Assembly: GCA_016180645.1 (NCBI GenBank)
Contig: JACPAV010000007.1
Location: 40,888 to 104,887, forward strand
Reading direction: 5' to 3'
DNA length: 64,000 bases
Source of the DNA: Nitrospirota bacterium
GTDB taxonomy: Bacteria > JACPQY01
Below are positions 21,218 through 30,889 of this stretch, piece by piece. The notes under the pieces were generated by a model. It saw only the letters and a list, made by a program, of their open reading frames with translations. It did no database searches and was not told the DNA's origin. How positions within the stretch are numbered: the stretch's first letter is position 1; every line of letters begins with the position of its first letter. Both the position numbers and the translations under genes were made by a program.

Positions 21218-22414
21218 ATGACTACAGGCATCGAAACAGAAAGCGCGGCGAATCTGAGATCCGAGGCGCGGTCTTGGATCCGAAAAAACCTTCCCAAAGA
21301 GTGGCGAGCGGCTTCCGCTGAAACCATCGGAGAGGAAAACTACATGGAGATCCGCCGTGCCTGGGCGAAGAAACTCTACGAGGCCGGCTGGGTCGGCCTC
21401 TCCTGGGCGAAGGAGTACGGCGGAAAAGGATTGTCGCTCGTGGAGGAGGTCGTTTTCGCCGAGGAGGAAGCGCTGGCGCAGGCGCCGGACTTCATCAGCC
21501 GGAACAGCGTGTACTACATTGGTCCGACGATCATTGCGCATGGGAACGAAGAGCAGAAGCGGCGATACCTCCCGAAGATGTTGTCCGCCGAGGAAGTCTG
21601 GTGCCAGGGGTATTCGGAGCCGAATGCGGGATCGGACCTGGCCTCCCTGCGGACGGCGGCGATGAAACGGGACGGACGCTGGATCGTGAACGGGCAGAAA
21701 ACGTGGACCACCATCGGGAACCACGCCACGTGGTGCTATTTCCTGGCACGCACGGATCCGTCGGCGCCGAAACACAAAGGCATCACGGCGTTTGTGGTCG
21801 ATATGAAAACGAAGGGCATCACCGTTCGTCCGATCACCACGATCACGGGCTCCACCGAATTCTCGGAAATGTTTTTCGACGACGTGGAAGTGCCGGAGGA
21901 GAATGTGCTCGGCGCGCTGAATCAGGGATGGAAAGTGACGATGACGACGCTTGGGTTCGAGCGGAGCATGAACAATTTCGCCCGCGCGGTGCTCCTCCGC
22001 TCCGAAGTGGAGGAAGTGGCCCGACTGGCCCGGCGAACGAGGCGGCACGGCCGGCCGGCGATCGAAGACGGCTGGATCGCGCAGCGCCTCGCCCAGTGCG
22101 CGGAAGAGGCCGAAGCGCTCAGGCTCACGATTCATCGCTACCTGCCCAAATGGGCGGAGACGCATCAGCCGGGGCCGGAATCGTCGGTCATCAAGATCAT
22201 GTGGTCCGAGGCTCATCAAAGGCTGATGGAATTGGCGCTCGAGGTCCTGGGACCGGGCGCTCAGCTTCGGACGGGTCCCGATGCCGAAGCCAAGGGCCGT
22301 TGGCCGATGATGTATTTGTTCACGCGCGCCGAGACCATTTACGCGGGGACGTCCGAGATTCAGCGGAACGTGGTAGCCGAGCGAATGCTGGGGATGCCGA
22401 GGGCGAAAGAGTGA
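21218..22414 (+). CDS. acyl-CoA dehydrogenase
   Basis: …CQGYSEPNAGSDLASL…; …GQKTWTT…; C-terminal …YAGTSEIQRNVVAERMLG…. Confidence 0.9.
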   Translation: MTTGIETESAANLRSEARSWIRKNLPKEWRAASAETIGEENYMEIRRAWAKKLYEAGWVGLSWAKEYGGKGLSLVEEVVFAEEEALAQAPDFISRNSVYYIGPTIIAHGNEEQKRRYLPKMLSAEEVWCQGYSEPNAGSDLASLRTAAMKRDGRWIVNGQKTWTTIGNHATWCYFLARTDPSAPKHKGITAFVVDMKTKGITVRPITTITGSTEFSEMFFDDVEVPEENVLGALNQGWKVTMTTLGFERSMNNFARAVLLRSEVEEVARLARRTRRHGRPAIEDGWIAQRLAQCAEEAEALRLTIHRYLPKWAETHQPGPESSVIKIMWSEAHQRLMELALEVLGPGAQLRTGPDAEAKGRWPMMYLFTRAETIYAGTSEIQRNVVAERMLGMPRAKE

Positions 22415-22450
22415 TTTGACATTTGAGATTTCAGATTTGAGATTCGGGAA
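22415..22450. repeat. heptamer-array repeat (atttgagatttcagatttgagatt), inverted copy flanking the 4HB gene on the left
   Basis: Its reverse complement aatctcaaatctgaaatctcaaat matches the arrays at 22722-22763, 22946-22977, 24705-24740 and 16707-16748. Confidence 0.8.
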
Positions 22451-22948
22451 ATGACGTACGAACGTTTTGAAGACTTGCCCGTGTGGAAGGCGGGGATGGA
22501 GCTCGCCGAGAAAGTGTATGCGCTCACGAAATCGCGGGAGTTTCGGCCCCAGCGATCGCTCCGAGACCAGATCGAACGGGCGGCCGTGTCGGTCTCCAAC
22601 AACATCGCCGAGGGCTTCGAGCGCGGAACAACCAACGAACTGCTCGCATTCCTCTACATTGCTCGCGGCTCAGCCGGCGAAGTCCGCTCCATGCTTCTTC
22701 TCCTGGACCGCCTTCCCGATTTCTTCAATTTGAAATCTCAAATCTCAAATCTGAAATCCCTGGCCGAATCCATCTCCTGCCAGCTTCGCGCTTGGGCCGA
22801 CTCCCTCCAGAATTCCCCCATCCAAGGCCAGCGCCACCTGACGGACAAAGTTCGGAAGCTTGAAGCTGAAAAGAAAGCCCGTAACGAGTTCATCCTCGAA
22901 ATCCACCGCATTTCCGGAAAGAAAATCCTGCGCGTGGACGAATCATGA
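22451..22948 (+). CDS. four-helix-bundle protein (23S rRNA intervening-sequence protein family, TIGR02436-like)
   Basis: …LPVWKAGMELAEKVYALTKS…QIERAAVSVSNNIAEGFERGTTNELLAFLYIARGSAGEVRSML… is the signature of this family. Confidence 0.8.
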   Translation: MTYERFEDLPVWKAGMELAEKVYALTKSREFRPQRSLRDQIERAAVSVSNNIAEGFERGTTNELLAFLYIARGSAGEVRSMLLLLDRLPDFFNLKSQISNLKSLAESISCQLRAWADSLQNSPIQGQRHLTDKVRKLEAEKKARNEFILEIHRISGKKILRVDES

Positions 22949-22977
22949 AATCTCCAATCTCAAATCTGAAATCGAAG
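22946..22977. repeat. heptamer-array repeat (gaaatctccaatctcaaatctgaaatc), right flank of the 4HB gene
   Basis: Direct-orientation copy; together with 22415-22450 it forms imperfect terminal inverted repeats around the 4HB ORF. Confidence 0.8.
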
Positions 22978-23006
22978 AAGTTAGAAGCAATGAAGGAGGA
23001 ATTGCG

Positions 23007-23912
23007 ATGGAAGTGAATTCAAAAGTGCGTTTGGACGGAAAGGTGTGCATCGTGACCGGATCGGGGAGGGGGATCGGGTTCGGGATCGCGAGGACGATGG
23101 CCGCCATCGGAGCGAGGGTCGTGGTGAACGATATCGACCAGGAGCCGCTGGACGCCGCGGTGAAGGAGATCCAGAGGGCGGGCGGCGAAGCGATCGGCGT
23201 GAAAGCTTCCGTCGGCTCCGTGGAAGACGGCCAGAAGCTGACGAAGTCGGCGCTGGACAAGTGGGGAGGTGTGGACGTGTTGGTGAACAATGCCGGGATC
23301 ACGCGCGACTCGCTCTTCCACAAAATGAGCGAGCAGCAGTGGGACGAAATCATGAACGTTCATGTGAAGGCCCTTTTCTGCTGCACGCAGCCGGTGATCC
23401 AGCATCTCGTCGAACGCCAGAAGAGCGGAGGGGCGGGCGGCAGCATCGTCAGCATGTCCTCCACGGCGGGGCTCAAGGGCAATGTGGGGCAGGCGAACTA
23501 TTCCGCCGCGAAGGCCGGCGTCCTCGGCTTCACCCTCGCGCTTGCCAAGGAAATGGAACGGTTCAAAGTCCGCGTGAATGCCGTGGCGCCCTCGGCATGG
23601 ACGCGGTTGACCTCGGCCATACCCGAAGAGGTTCTCGTCAAGAGCGTGGGGCAGGAAGGTGTGGATCGCATGAAATCGCGCAGGCCGGAGGATCTTGCGT
23701 CGATCATCTGCTTCCTCGCGTCCGATGCCGCCGACGGCGTGACCGGCCAATTCGTCCGTGCCGCGGGCAACATGATCGGCCTTTGGAACCATCCCGATGC
23801 GAAGGTGACGATCTACACCGAAGACGGTTGGACTCCCGATACCGTGGCCGCCGCCTTTGAGGACAAGCTCCGCCCCCGGATGGAGAAACTGGTGGGTATT
23901 TTCAATCAATAG
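23007..23912 (+). CDS. short-chain dehydrogenase/reductase with C-terminal extension (MFE-2/Hsd4A-like)
   Basis: RBS aaggagg then ATG; …CIVTGSGRGIGFGIA…; …NNAGI…; catalytic …YSAAKAG…. Roughly 60 extra C-terminal residues. Confidence 0.85.
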   Translation: MEVNSKVRLDGKVCIVTGSGRGIGFGIARTMAAIGARVVVNDIDQEPLDAAVKEIQRAGGEAIGVKASVGSVEDGQKLTKSALDKWGGVDVLVNNAGITRDSLFHKMSEQQWDEIMNVHVKALFCCTQPVIQHLVERQKSGGAGGSIVSMSSTAGLKGNVGQANYSAAKAGVLGFTLALAKEMERFKVRVNAVAPSAWTRLTSAIPEEVLVKSVGQEGVDRMKSRRPEDLASIICFLASDAADGVTGQFVRAAGNMIGLWNHPDAKVTIYTEDGWTPDTVAAAFEDKLRPRMEKLVGIFNQ

Positions 23913-23936
23913 CTGACGGCTGAACGCTGATTATCG

Positions 23937-24695
23937 ATGGCTAGTATCTTGAAAGGCAAAGTCGCCCTAGTCACCGCTGCCGCCGGCGCGGGGATCGGCC
24001 ACGCCACCGTGCGCGCTTTTGCGGAATTGGGCGCCGATGTGGTGGTGACCGACATCCACGAGGGGCGAACGAAGCAATTTTGCACCGACTTGGAGAAAGA
24101 ATTCGGAAGGCCCTTCCTGGGTTTGGCTGTGGACGTGACCAAAGAGGACCAGGTGAATCTTGCCGTTTCCGAAACGCACGAACGGTACGGCCGGATTGAC
24201 ATTCTGGTGAACAATGCCGCAAGAAATGTCCCCAAACCGGTTTGGGAAATGCCCACCGAAACCTGGCGATTCATTCTGGAGGTCTGCCTCACGAGCCAAT
24301 TCTTCTTCATTCGCGCGGCCCTTCCGAACATGATCGAGCGGAAATCCGGCTGCATCATCAACGTCTCGTCGGGCGCCGCGTGGGTGCCGTTCAAGTGGGG
24401 CGATTCGGCGTACTCGGCGGCCAAGGCGGGCGTGCTTGCGCTCACCCGCGCCGTGGCCGCGGAAGTCGGACCCTACAATATCCGCGTGAATGCCATTGCG
24501 CCCGATCTCATCTGGAACGATCACCTGGCCAAAATTTACCCGCCCGAATATTTCGACGACCTGAAGAAAATGTCGGTTACCGGCAAGACGGGACGCCCCG
24601 AAGACATGGCCCGCATCGCGCTTTTCCTTGCCACGGATACCTATCTTACGGGTCAAGTCATCAACGGCTCCGGCGGTATCTACATGCACCCTTGA
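23937..24695 (+). CDS. short-chain dehydrogenase/reductase
   Basis: …VALVTAAAGAGIGHA…; …NNAAR…; …YSAAKAG… Rossmann/SDR motifs. Confidence 0.85.
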   Translation: MASILKGKVALVTAAAGAGIGHATVRAFAELGADVVVTDIHEGRTKQFCTDLEKEFGRPFLGLAVDVTKEDQVNLAVSETHERYGRIDILVNNAARNVPKPVWEMPTETWRFILEVCLTSQFFFIRAALPNMIERKSGCIINVSSGAAWVPFKWGDSAYSAAKAGVLALTRAVAAEVGPYNIRVNAIAPDLIWNDHLAKIYPPEYFDDLKKMSVTGKTGRPEDMARIALFLATDTYLTGQVINGSGGIYMHP

Positions 24696-24704
24696 AACGC
24701 GGAC

Positions 24705-24740
24705 GATTTCACATTTGAAATCTCAAATCTCAAATTGCCG
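24705..24740. repeat. solo heptamer-array repeat (gatttcacatttgaaatctcaaatctcaaattg) between the SDR and AtuA-like genes
   Basis: Same aaatctcaaatct core as the 4HB-flanking repeats. Confidence 0.75.
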
Positions 24741-26096
24741 ATGAAAACCGTCCGCCTTGGCGCGGGCTCGGCCTTTTGGGGCGATGCGCTCGGCCCGGCC
24801 GTCGAACTCGTGAAGAAGGGAAACCTTCAGTACATCGGATTCGATCACTTGGCCGAACTTACGATGGCGATCCTCCAGCGCCAGAAGCGCCGCGATCCGA
24901 AGACCGGGTTCATCCCGGATCTCATCCCCTGGATGGAAACGATCGTGCCCCTCGCGGCTCCCAATGGAGTAAAGGTGATCACAAACGGCGGCGGCGCGAA
25001 TCCCGAACAAGCGGTTGAGCAGATCCTGAAACTGCCCGCCGTGGCGAAATCGGGCTGGAAGGTCGGCATGGTTCTGGGCGACGACGTGACCGATCTCGTC
25101 CGCACAATGCACGAGCAGGGTCACTCCTTCCCAAATCTCGAAACCGGCGAGCGTGACATCGATGGGATTCTTCCCCGCATGGTCGCCGCGAACGCCTATC
25201 TGGGCTCGGACGGCATCGTTGATCTGCTTGCGCAGGGTGCGGACTTGGTTGTTACGGGACGCAACACGGACAATTCGCTCTTCCTCGCGCCCCTCATGTA
25301 CGAATTCGGGTGGGGCCACGGCCGCGATACGGACCGGATTGCGGCGGGCATCGTCGTCGGTCACGTCATCGAATGCACCTGTATGTGCATGGGCGGGGCG
25401 TCGAATTTCTGGGGCGACGTTCCCCAAGCTTGGAATATCGGATTCCCCATAGCGGAGGTAACAAGCGACGGCGAGGCCGTGATCACGAAACTCCACGATG
25501 CCGGAGGAATGGTGAACGAATGGACCGTGAAAGAACACCTCGTCTACGAAATCCACGATCCGCGGGCATATGTCATGGCAGACGGAGTGGCCGATCTGAC
25601 GACCGTGAGACTGAGCAACGACGGCAAAGATCGCGTGCGTATCAGCCAAGTCAGGGGCAGGCCGCGACCGGAAGCGTACAAAGTGTTGGTTGCGTACGAA
25701 GACGGCTTTATGGGTGAAGCGGCCGTTTACTTCCCGTGGCCCGATGCTCTTGCAAAAGCGAAGCGGGCCGAAGAGGTCTTGAGAAAACGATTCGAACCGT
25801 GGGCCGACCGCATCCTGGATCTGCGCATCGACCGACTCGGTGTGAACGGCCTCTTGGGGGAAACTTCGCCCGAACCCGTGGATCCCAACGAGATCGGCGT
25901 GCGCGTGGCCCTCCGAACGAGGACTCAGCAGGACATTGAGAAAATCAAGCGGGAGATCGTCCACCTCTGGACGGCCGGCGGCGTCGGCGCGGCCATTCAA
26001 GCGCCCACCCCGTCGAAACCGGTCGTCTCACTCTGGCCCACGCTCGTCCCAAGGGAAAACGTGCCGGTGAGAACGGTGTTGAAGCGAGCCTCATGA
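24735..26096 (+). CDS. AtuA-like protein (acyclic terpene utilisation family, DUF1446)
   Basis: N-terminus …VRLGAGSAFWGDALGPAVELVKKGNLQYIGFDHLAELTMA… and overall ~450-aa length match the AtuA family. Confidence 0.7.
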   Translation: MPMKTVRLGAGSAFWGDALGPAVELVKKGNLQYIGFDHLAELTMAILQRQKRRDPKTGFIPDLIPWMETIVPLAAPNGVKVITNGGGANPEQAVEQILKLPAVAKSGWKVGMVLGDDVTDLVRTMHEQGHSFPNLETGERDIDGILPRMVAANAYLGSDGIVDLLAQGADLVVTGRNTDNSLFLAPLMYEFGWGHGRDTDRIAAGIVVGHVIECTCMCMGGASNFWGDVPQAWNIGFPIAEVTSDGEAVITKLHDAGGMVNEWTVKEHLVYEIHDPRAYVMADGVADLTTVRLSNDGKDRVRISQVRGRPRPEAYKVLVAYEDGFMGEAAVYFPWPDALAKAKRAEEVLRKRFEPWADRILDLRIDRLGVNGLLGETSPEPVDPNEIGVRVALRTRTQQDIEKIKREIVHLWTAGGVGAAIQAPTPSKPVVSLWPTLVPRENVPVRTVLKRAS

Positions 26097-26410
26097 GAAA
26101 GGTTCAGCTCCGCGATCTCTGCTATGCCCGCTCCGGCGACAAAGGCGACACGGTTAACGTGGGCCTCCTCGCGAAGGATGCCACGGCGTATGATCTCCTC
26201 CGCCGTCATCTCACCCCCGAAAAAATCAAGTCTCACTTCGGAGCGATGGTCCGAGGCCCCGTCGAAATCTACGAAATGCCCAACATCCAAGCCCTCAACG
26301 TCGTCCTCCGCCAAGCCCTGGACGGCGGCGCCTCCCGAACTCTGCGCTTGGACCAAACCGGCAAGGCCATGGGCAGCGCCCTGTTGCGGATGGAGATCGA
26401 ATTGGACTGA
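26093..26410 (+). CDS. small conserved protein of the kind found downstream of AtuA-like genes (DUF4387-like); hypothetical
   Basis: 105 aa, …CYARSGDKGDTVNVGL…; 4-nt overlap with the AtuA-like gene suggests translational coupling. Confidence 0.45.
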   Translation: MRKVQLRDLCYARSGDKGDTVNVGLLAKDATAYDLLRRHLTPEKIKSHFGAMVRGPVEIYEMPNIQALNVVLRQALDGGASRTLRLDQTGKAMGSALLRMEIELD

Positions 26411-26527
26411 GTTCGGAAGGTACGGTCGAGGGCGACTGGATCGCTTTGCTCTGCCTCAGTTCCTTGGTGCCCCATCAGGGGGAACTGGATGCACCTCGTC
26501 GAGTCTGGCACCTGAAGATGCGGAAAT

Positions 26528-27427
26528 CTAATCCACCACATTTCGTTTGGCTGAAGAGGAGATGGCCTGGACGGCGGGATGGGAGATTCTCCTCTCGACG
26601 GAAACGGCATAGAACCGCTCGCGAACTCCGGGAATTCGGCCCACGGCGATGGCGCCGTGCTGGGCGCGCACGTCCCTCTCGATGATGACCGGCGCCGGGA
26701 AAAGGCCATGCCCGGTCTGTCCGAACACCTTCAAGAGGGCGCTGTCTTCAAATTCGCCCACGGTCTTGGGCCGGATTCCCTCTTCGTGGAACCACTGTTC
26801 CAGCGAACGTCTCAAGGATGTGTTCTCGGTCGGCAATAGCATGGGAGCGGCTTCGAGCGACTGGGGGAAGCGCCGCCGGTATCGGGCAGCGACAGCGGGT
26901 GCGCCGAAGATCGAAACCATGCTCTCTGCCAGGAGGTGGTTGAACGCCCGGACCTTGATCATGGGTGGGACGGGCGCGTCGGTCAGAACCATGTCCAATT
27001 CATGAATGGCCAGGTCCGCCAAAAGCCGGTCCGGTTTCCCTTCGCGACACACCAGTTGTACGGCCTCTGGGAGATGTAGGATGGGCGCCAGCAAGCGATA
27101 GGCCACCCATTTGGGCACCACATCCGCAATACCCACGACGAAACGTAGCGGTCGGTCCGGTGGCCGTCCCCTGACCGTTTCCATGAACTCCCTCCCCGTC
27201 GAAAAAATCGTTTCCGCATAGCGAGACGCAAGTTGCCCGAAATCGGTCAGAATCAGTCCCCGGCCTATCTTCCGGAAGAGTTTTTCTCCCAACGCTTTCT
27301 CCAAAGCGCGGATCTGGCCGCTGATCGTGGGTGGAGACAGATGGATCTCTTCGCTCGCGCGGGCAATCGACCCCAGGCGTGCCACCGTCCAGAAATAGAG
27401 CAGGTGGTGGTAGTTGAGCCATTCCAT
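26528..27427 (-). CDS. LysR-family transcriptional regulator (NhaR-like N-terminus)
   Basis: MEWLNYHHLLYFWTVARLGSIARASEEIHLSPPTISGQIRALEKALG… HTH plus LysR substrate-binding domain. Confidence 0.85.
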   Translation of the reverse strand: MEWLNYHHLLYFWTVARLGSIARASEEIHLSPPTISGQIRALEKALGEKLFRKIGRGLILTDFGQLASRYAETIFSTGREFMETVRGRPPDRPLRFVVGIADVVPKWVAYRLLAPILHLPEAVQLVCREGKPDRLLADLAIHELDMVLTDAPVPPMIKVRAFNHLLAESMVSIFGAPAVAARYRRRFPQSLEAAPMLLPTENTSLRRSLEQWFHEEGIRPKTVGEFEDSALLKVFGQTGHGLFPAPVIIERDVRAQHGAIAVGRIPGVRERFYAVSVERRISHPAVQAISSSAKRNVVD

Positions 27428-27516
27428 CGGTTGATCATACATCGAAATAACCGAATGATTAAGTCATAACTATCTTATTTTCATATCGTTCAGATCGGGC
27501 TATCCAGTCAGGCACC

Positions 27517-27870
27517 ATGCGCCTGAAGGTAGTCGGCAAAGGTTTCAAGGTGACGGACAAGCTCCGGTCGCACATCAATCTCCGTCTTCGCTTCGCTCTA
27601 GGCCGCTACGGCCCGCAGATCAATACGGTGACGGTCGATGTCTCAAGATCGGTCAAGCCGCGCGAACAGTGCCCGGTCCGATGTCGCATCAGAATCCGGG
27701 AGACGCAGGATAGAGTCCTTTTCGCGGAGGGCTCCGAAAAGGATCTTTACACCGCGGTTGCGGTGGCCGCGGAAAAGGCGGCTTGGCAGGTGGAGCAGAG
27801 CGCGCTGCGGGAGCGGGAACCCCTTGCGTTGAACGGGCGCGGGCCCCGCGTCGGCTTCAGAAACCGATGA
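27517..27870 (+). CDS. possible ribosome hibernation factor / sigma-54 modulation protein (RaiA/HPF-like); weak
   Basis: MRLKVVGKGFKVTDKLRSHINLRLRFAL… resembles the HPF N-terminal beta-alpha-beta pattern. Similarity is modest. Confidence 0.4.
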   Translation: MRLKVVGKGFKVTDKLRSHINLRLRFALGRYGPQINTVTVDVSRSVKPREQCPVRCRIRIRETQDRVLFAEGSEKDLYTAVAVAAEKAAWQVEQSALREREPLALNGRGPRVGFRNR

Positions 27871-28448
27871 ACAGGATGAAAGAAAGGTCCGGTGATCCTA
27901 TCCCCGTGAGAGGGCGAGACGACGTTCTGACCGATTATCGGGATACACCGGTCGGTGACCTCCTCCGCCATCACAACCTCTGCCTGCATCCGAAATACTC
28001 GGACCGTCCGCGGCTTTTCATTGCGGCCTGCATGGACTATCGGATCTCGCTCCGGGTTCCGGATCGCTTCGCTTTTTTCATGCGCGTCCCGGGGGCCAAC
28101 CTGCGGGGGCATGAGTTCGGTCTCTCCAGTGCCGTGGCCCTGTTCGGAATTCGCGCGGTCTGCCTTATTGGGCACGACGACTGCGCCATGGAGAATGTGT
28201 CGGCCTCGCGTGAGGCGTTCGTATCCGGTCTCGTCAAGAACGGGGGCTGGAACGAAGAGGAAGCAGCCCGGCAATTCAACCGGTTCCGCGCCTTGAATCA
28301 GACCGGCGGCGTAACGGTGTTTCTCCGAAGCGAAACAGCGCGCCTGCAAGCGCTCTATCCGAAAGTCTTCTTTGCCGCCCTGCTTTATCGGGTGCGTGAG
28401 GACCGGCTCTACCAGATTCCTCCCGAGTCCCACAAGGCATCCGCTTGA
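27867..28448 (+). CDS. beta-carbonic-anhydrase-like protein (variant motifs); tentative
   Basis: …ACMDYRISLR… (CxDxR) and …LIGHDDCAM… (GHxxC) resemble the beta-CA zinc ligands with non-canonical spacing. Confidence 0.4.
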   Translation: MNRMKERSGDPIPVRGRDDVLTDYRDTPVGDLLRHHNLCLHPKYSDRPRLFIAACMDYRISLRVPDRFAFFMRVPGANLRGHEFGLSSAVALFGIRAVCLIGHDDCAMENVSASREAFVSGLVKNGGWNEEEAARQFNRFRALNQTGGVTVFLRSETARLQALYPKVFFAALLYRVREDRLYQIPPESHKASA

Positions 28449-29560
28449 GCATGGAATCGATTGGAACACCCGTCTTTTGGGTCGGATTCACAATCTCTGT
28501 TCTGGTCCTGTTGATTCTGGACCTCGGCGTCTTTCATCGAAAGGCCCACGCGGTCGGTTTTCGCGAGGCCCTGGTGTGGAGCGTCGCCTGGATTTCTCTC
28601 GCCCTGCTTTTTAACGGATGGGTCTATCACGGGTTCGGATCGGAGAAGGGGCTGGAGTTTCTCACGGGTTATCTCATCGAACTCTCGCTCTCCGTGGACA
28701 ATCTTTTCGTTTTTCTCGTGATCTTCTCGTACTTTTCCGTTCCGGTCTCGTTGCAGCACCGGGTCCTCTTCTGGGGCATCCTGGGGGCGGTGGTGACGCG
28801 GGCGACGTTTATCTTCGCCGGAACGGCCCTCATCCAGTCCTTCCACGCGGTGATCTACGTGTTCGGGGCCTTGCTTATGTTTACGGGCGTCAAGCTATTG
28901 GCACAACAGGAGCACGAGGTTCACCCGGAACGCAATCCGGTCCTGCGCCTTTTTCGCCGATGGGTTCCGTTCGTCGAAAACTACCACGGGGCGAAGTTCG
29001 TCGTGTCGGAATCGGGCCGCCGCTTCGCCACCCCTCTCCTGGCGGTCCTCGTCGTCGTGGAGGCGACGGACGTGTTCTTCGCGGTGGACTCGATTCCCGC
29101 GATCTTCGCCATCACGACGGACCCGTTCATCGTGTATACGTCCAACATCTTCGCCATCCTCGGCCTTCGGTCCCTCTTTTTCCTCTTGGCGGGCATGATG
29201 GGAAAATTCAGATACCTCCGGGTGGGGCTGGCCCTTGTCCTCACGTTTGTCGGATGCAAAATGGTGCTTCAGGAAGTTTACAAACTCCCCATCACGATCT
29301 CCCTTGCCGTTGTCGCAACGCTCCTGGCGGGTTCGGTCGCGGCCTCCCTTCTCCGTCCTCCCCCCGTTCCCGTCCGGGAGCCGTTGCGAGACCGTTCTCG
29401 CGAAGATTCTCTCTCGGCGTCGCCGGATTCCAAGGAGCGATCGGAGGCGACGCAACAACCCCATGACAAAACCTTTCGTCGTCCCGGTGCCGATCCTCAT
29501 ACCCTCCCGACCACCGTCCCCGGAGGGGGCCGAAGCGGAGCGAAGGGGGCGGCTCCATGA
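28445..29560 (+). CDS. TerC/Alx-family integral membrane protein with disordered P/R/S-rich C-terminal tail
   Basis: Multiple TM helices; …YLIELSLSVDNLFVFLVIFSYF… and …FAVDSIPAIFAIT… TerC motifs. Confidence 0.8.
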   Translation: MSMESIGTPVFWVGFTISVLVLLILDLGVFHRKAHAVGFREALVWSVAWISLALLFNGWVYHGFGSEKGLEFLTGYLIELSLSVDNLFVFLVIFSYFSVPVSLQHRVLFWGILGAVVTRATFIFAGTALIQSFHAVIYVFGALLMFTGVKLLAQQEHEVHPERNPVLRLFRRWVPFVENYHGAKFVVSESGRRFATPLLAVLVVVEATDVFFAVDSIPAIFAITTDPFIVYTSNIFAILGLRSLFFLLAGMMGKFRYLRVGLALVLTFVGCKMVLQEVYKLPITISLAVVATLLAGSVAASLLRPPPVPVREPLRDRSREDSLSASPDSKERSEATQQPHDKTFRRPGADPHTLPTTVPGGGRSGAKGAAP

Positions 29561-29811
29561 GTTCCCCGCCGTTGCAAAACCGTTCGACGGGGCTTGGGGG
29601 CCGGGTTCTGCGTTCGACGGCAGTTGCGGGCGGGTTCATTTTGACCGCTATGGGTTTGGTGTTTCTTTTCCTACCGGGACCCGGTCTGCTGCTCCTGTTC
29701 CTCGGACTGACCCTGCTCGGCACGGAGTTTATCTGGGCGAGGCGGATCCTTGAAAAGGTGAAAGGTCAGGGGAAACGCCTGGGTTCTATTTGGGAAAACA
29801 GGAGGAGGTAA
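29557..29811 (+). CDS. small PGPGW-motif transmembrane protein
   Basis: …LFLPGPGLLLLFLGLTLLGTEFIWARR… contains the PGPG(L/W) hallmark. Confidence 0.5.
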   Translation: MSSPPLQNRSTGLGGRVLRSTAVAGGFILTAMGLVFLFLPGPGLLLLFLGLTLLGTEFIWARRILEKVKGQGKRLGSIWENRRR

Positions 29812-29845
29812 ACCAACCATGAACCAATCACGGGGCAAAAACTGA

Positions 29846-29929
29846 TGAGCCTCTTCAGCACCCACCCGCCGATGGCGGAACGGGTCCGCAGGCTCGAGAA
29901 CATGAGCGCCGCGAAGGCGGCCGGATAAG
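29846..29929 (+). pseudogene. isolated htpX 3' fragment (27 codons)
   Basis: [27 protein letters not shown] parallels the C-terminus of the intact HtpX at 38944-39804 (…LLSTHPPIEERIARLRSMTF*). Confidence 0.45.
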
Positions 29930-29947
29930 GGCGCAACACGACCGAAG

Positions 29948-30874
29948 ATGAACGCTCATTCACTCGCGATAGACCTCCCCGATCCGGCCGGTGCACTCCT
30001 CTCAACGGATTTCCAGAACATCAAGCCCCTTCGCCGGGGCAAGGTGAGGGACATCTATGGGGCGGGGAGAAACTTGCTCATCGTGGCAACGGACCGGATC
30101 TCGGCCTTCGACGTGGTCCTGCCGACCGGCATTCCCGACAAGGGGGCGATCCTGACTCAAATATCGGCCTTCTGGTTCCGCGAGCTCGCGCGGATCGTGC
30201 CGAACCATCTCATCAGCACGGAGGTGGCCGATTTTCCCAGGCCCTTTCATCCGCACGAAGACGCGCTGGGGAAACGCAGCATGCTCGTGCGCCGCGCGAA
30301 GCCGCTGCCGATCGAGTGCATCGCTCGGGGGTATCTGTCGGGGTCGGGGTGGACGGAGTACCGGGAGTGTGGCACCGTGTGCGGGATGCGACTTCCGAAG
30401 GGCCTACGCGAGTCGGACAGACTTCCCGATCCCATTTTCACGCCGTCGACCAAGGCCGAGAAGGGGCACGACGTGAACATCTCCTTTGAAGAAGCCTGCC
30501 GGATCTTGAAGGACAAGGGCGTGGCTCGTCGCGTGCGCCGAATCAGCCTCGACCTGTATGCGGCGGCCTCAGAGCACGCGGCCCGCCGAGGGATCATCAT
30601 CGCCGATACGAAGTTCGAATTCGGCTGGTGCGGAGATGAATTGACCCTGATCGATGAGGTTCTCACGCCCGACTCCTCCCGTTTCTGGCCGTGGGACGGG
30701 TACGAGCCGGGTCAACCCCAGGAAAGCTTCGACAAGCAGTTCGTCCGGGATTACTTGGTCGGTCTCCGGTGGGACAAAACGCATCCCGGCCCGGACCTTA
30801 CCCAGGAAATCGTTGAAAAGACTCGGCAGAGATATGGGGAGGCTTTGAGGAAACTCACTTCGAAGGGCCGCTAA
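29948..30874 (+). CDS. purC: phosphoribosylaminoimidazole-succinocarboxamide synthase
   Basis: …[28 protein letters not shown]… and overall SAICAR-synthetase colinearity. Confidence 0.9.
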   Translation: MNAHSLAIDLPDPAGALLSTDFQNIKPLRRGKVRDIYGAGRNLLIVATDRISAFDVVLPTGIPDKGAILTQISAFWFRELARIVPNHLISTEVADFPRPFHPHEDALGKRSMLVRRAKPLPIECIARGYLSGSGWTEYRECGTVCGMRLPKGLRESDRLPDPIFTPSTKAEKGHDVNISFEEACRILKDKGVARRVRRISLDLYAAASEHAARRGIIIADTKFEFGWCGDELTLIDEVLTPDSSRFWPWDGYEPGQPQESFDKQFVRDYLVGLRWDKTHPGPDLTQEIVEKTRQRYGEALRKLTSKGR

Positions 30875-30889
30875 AGAAGGAGGTAGGTT

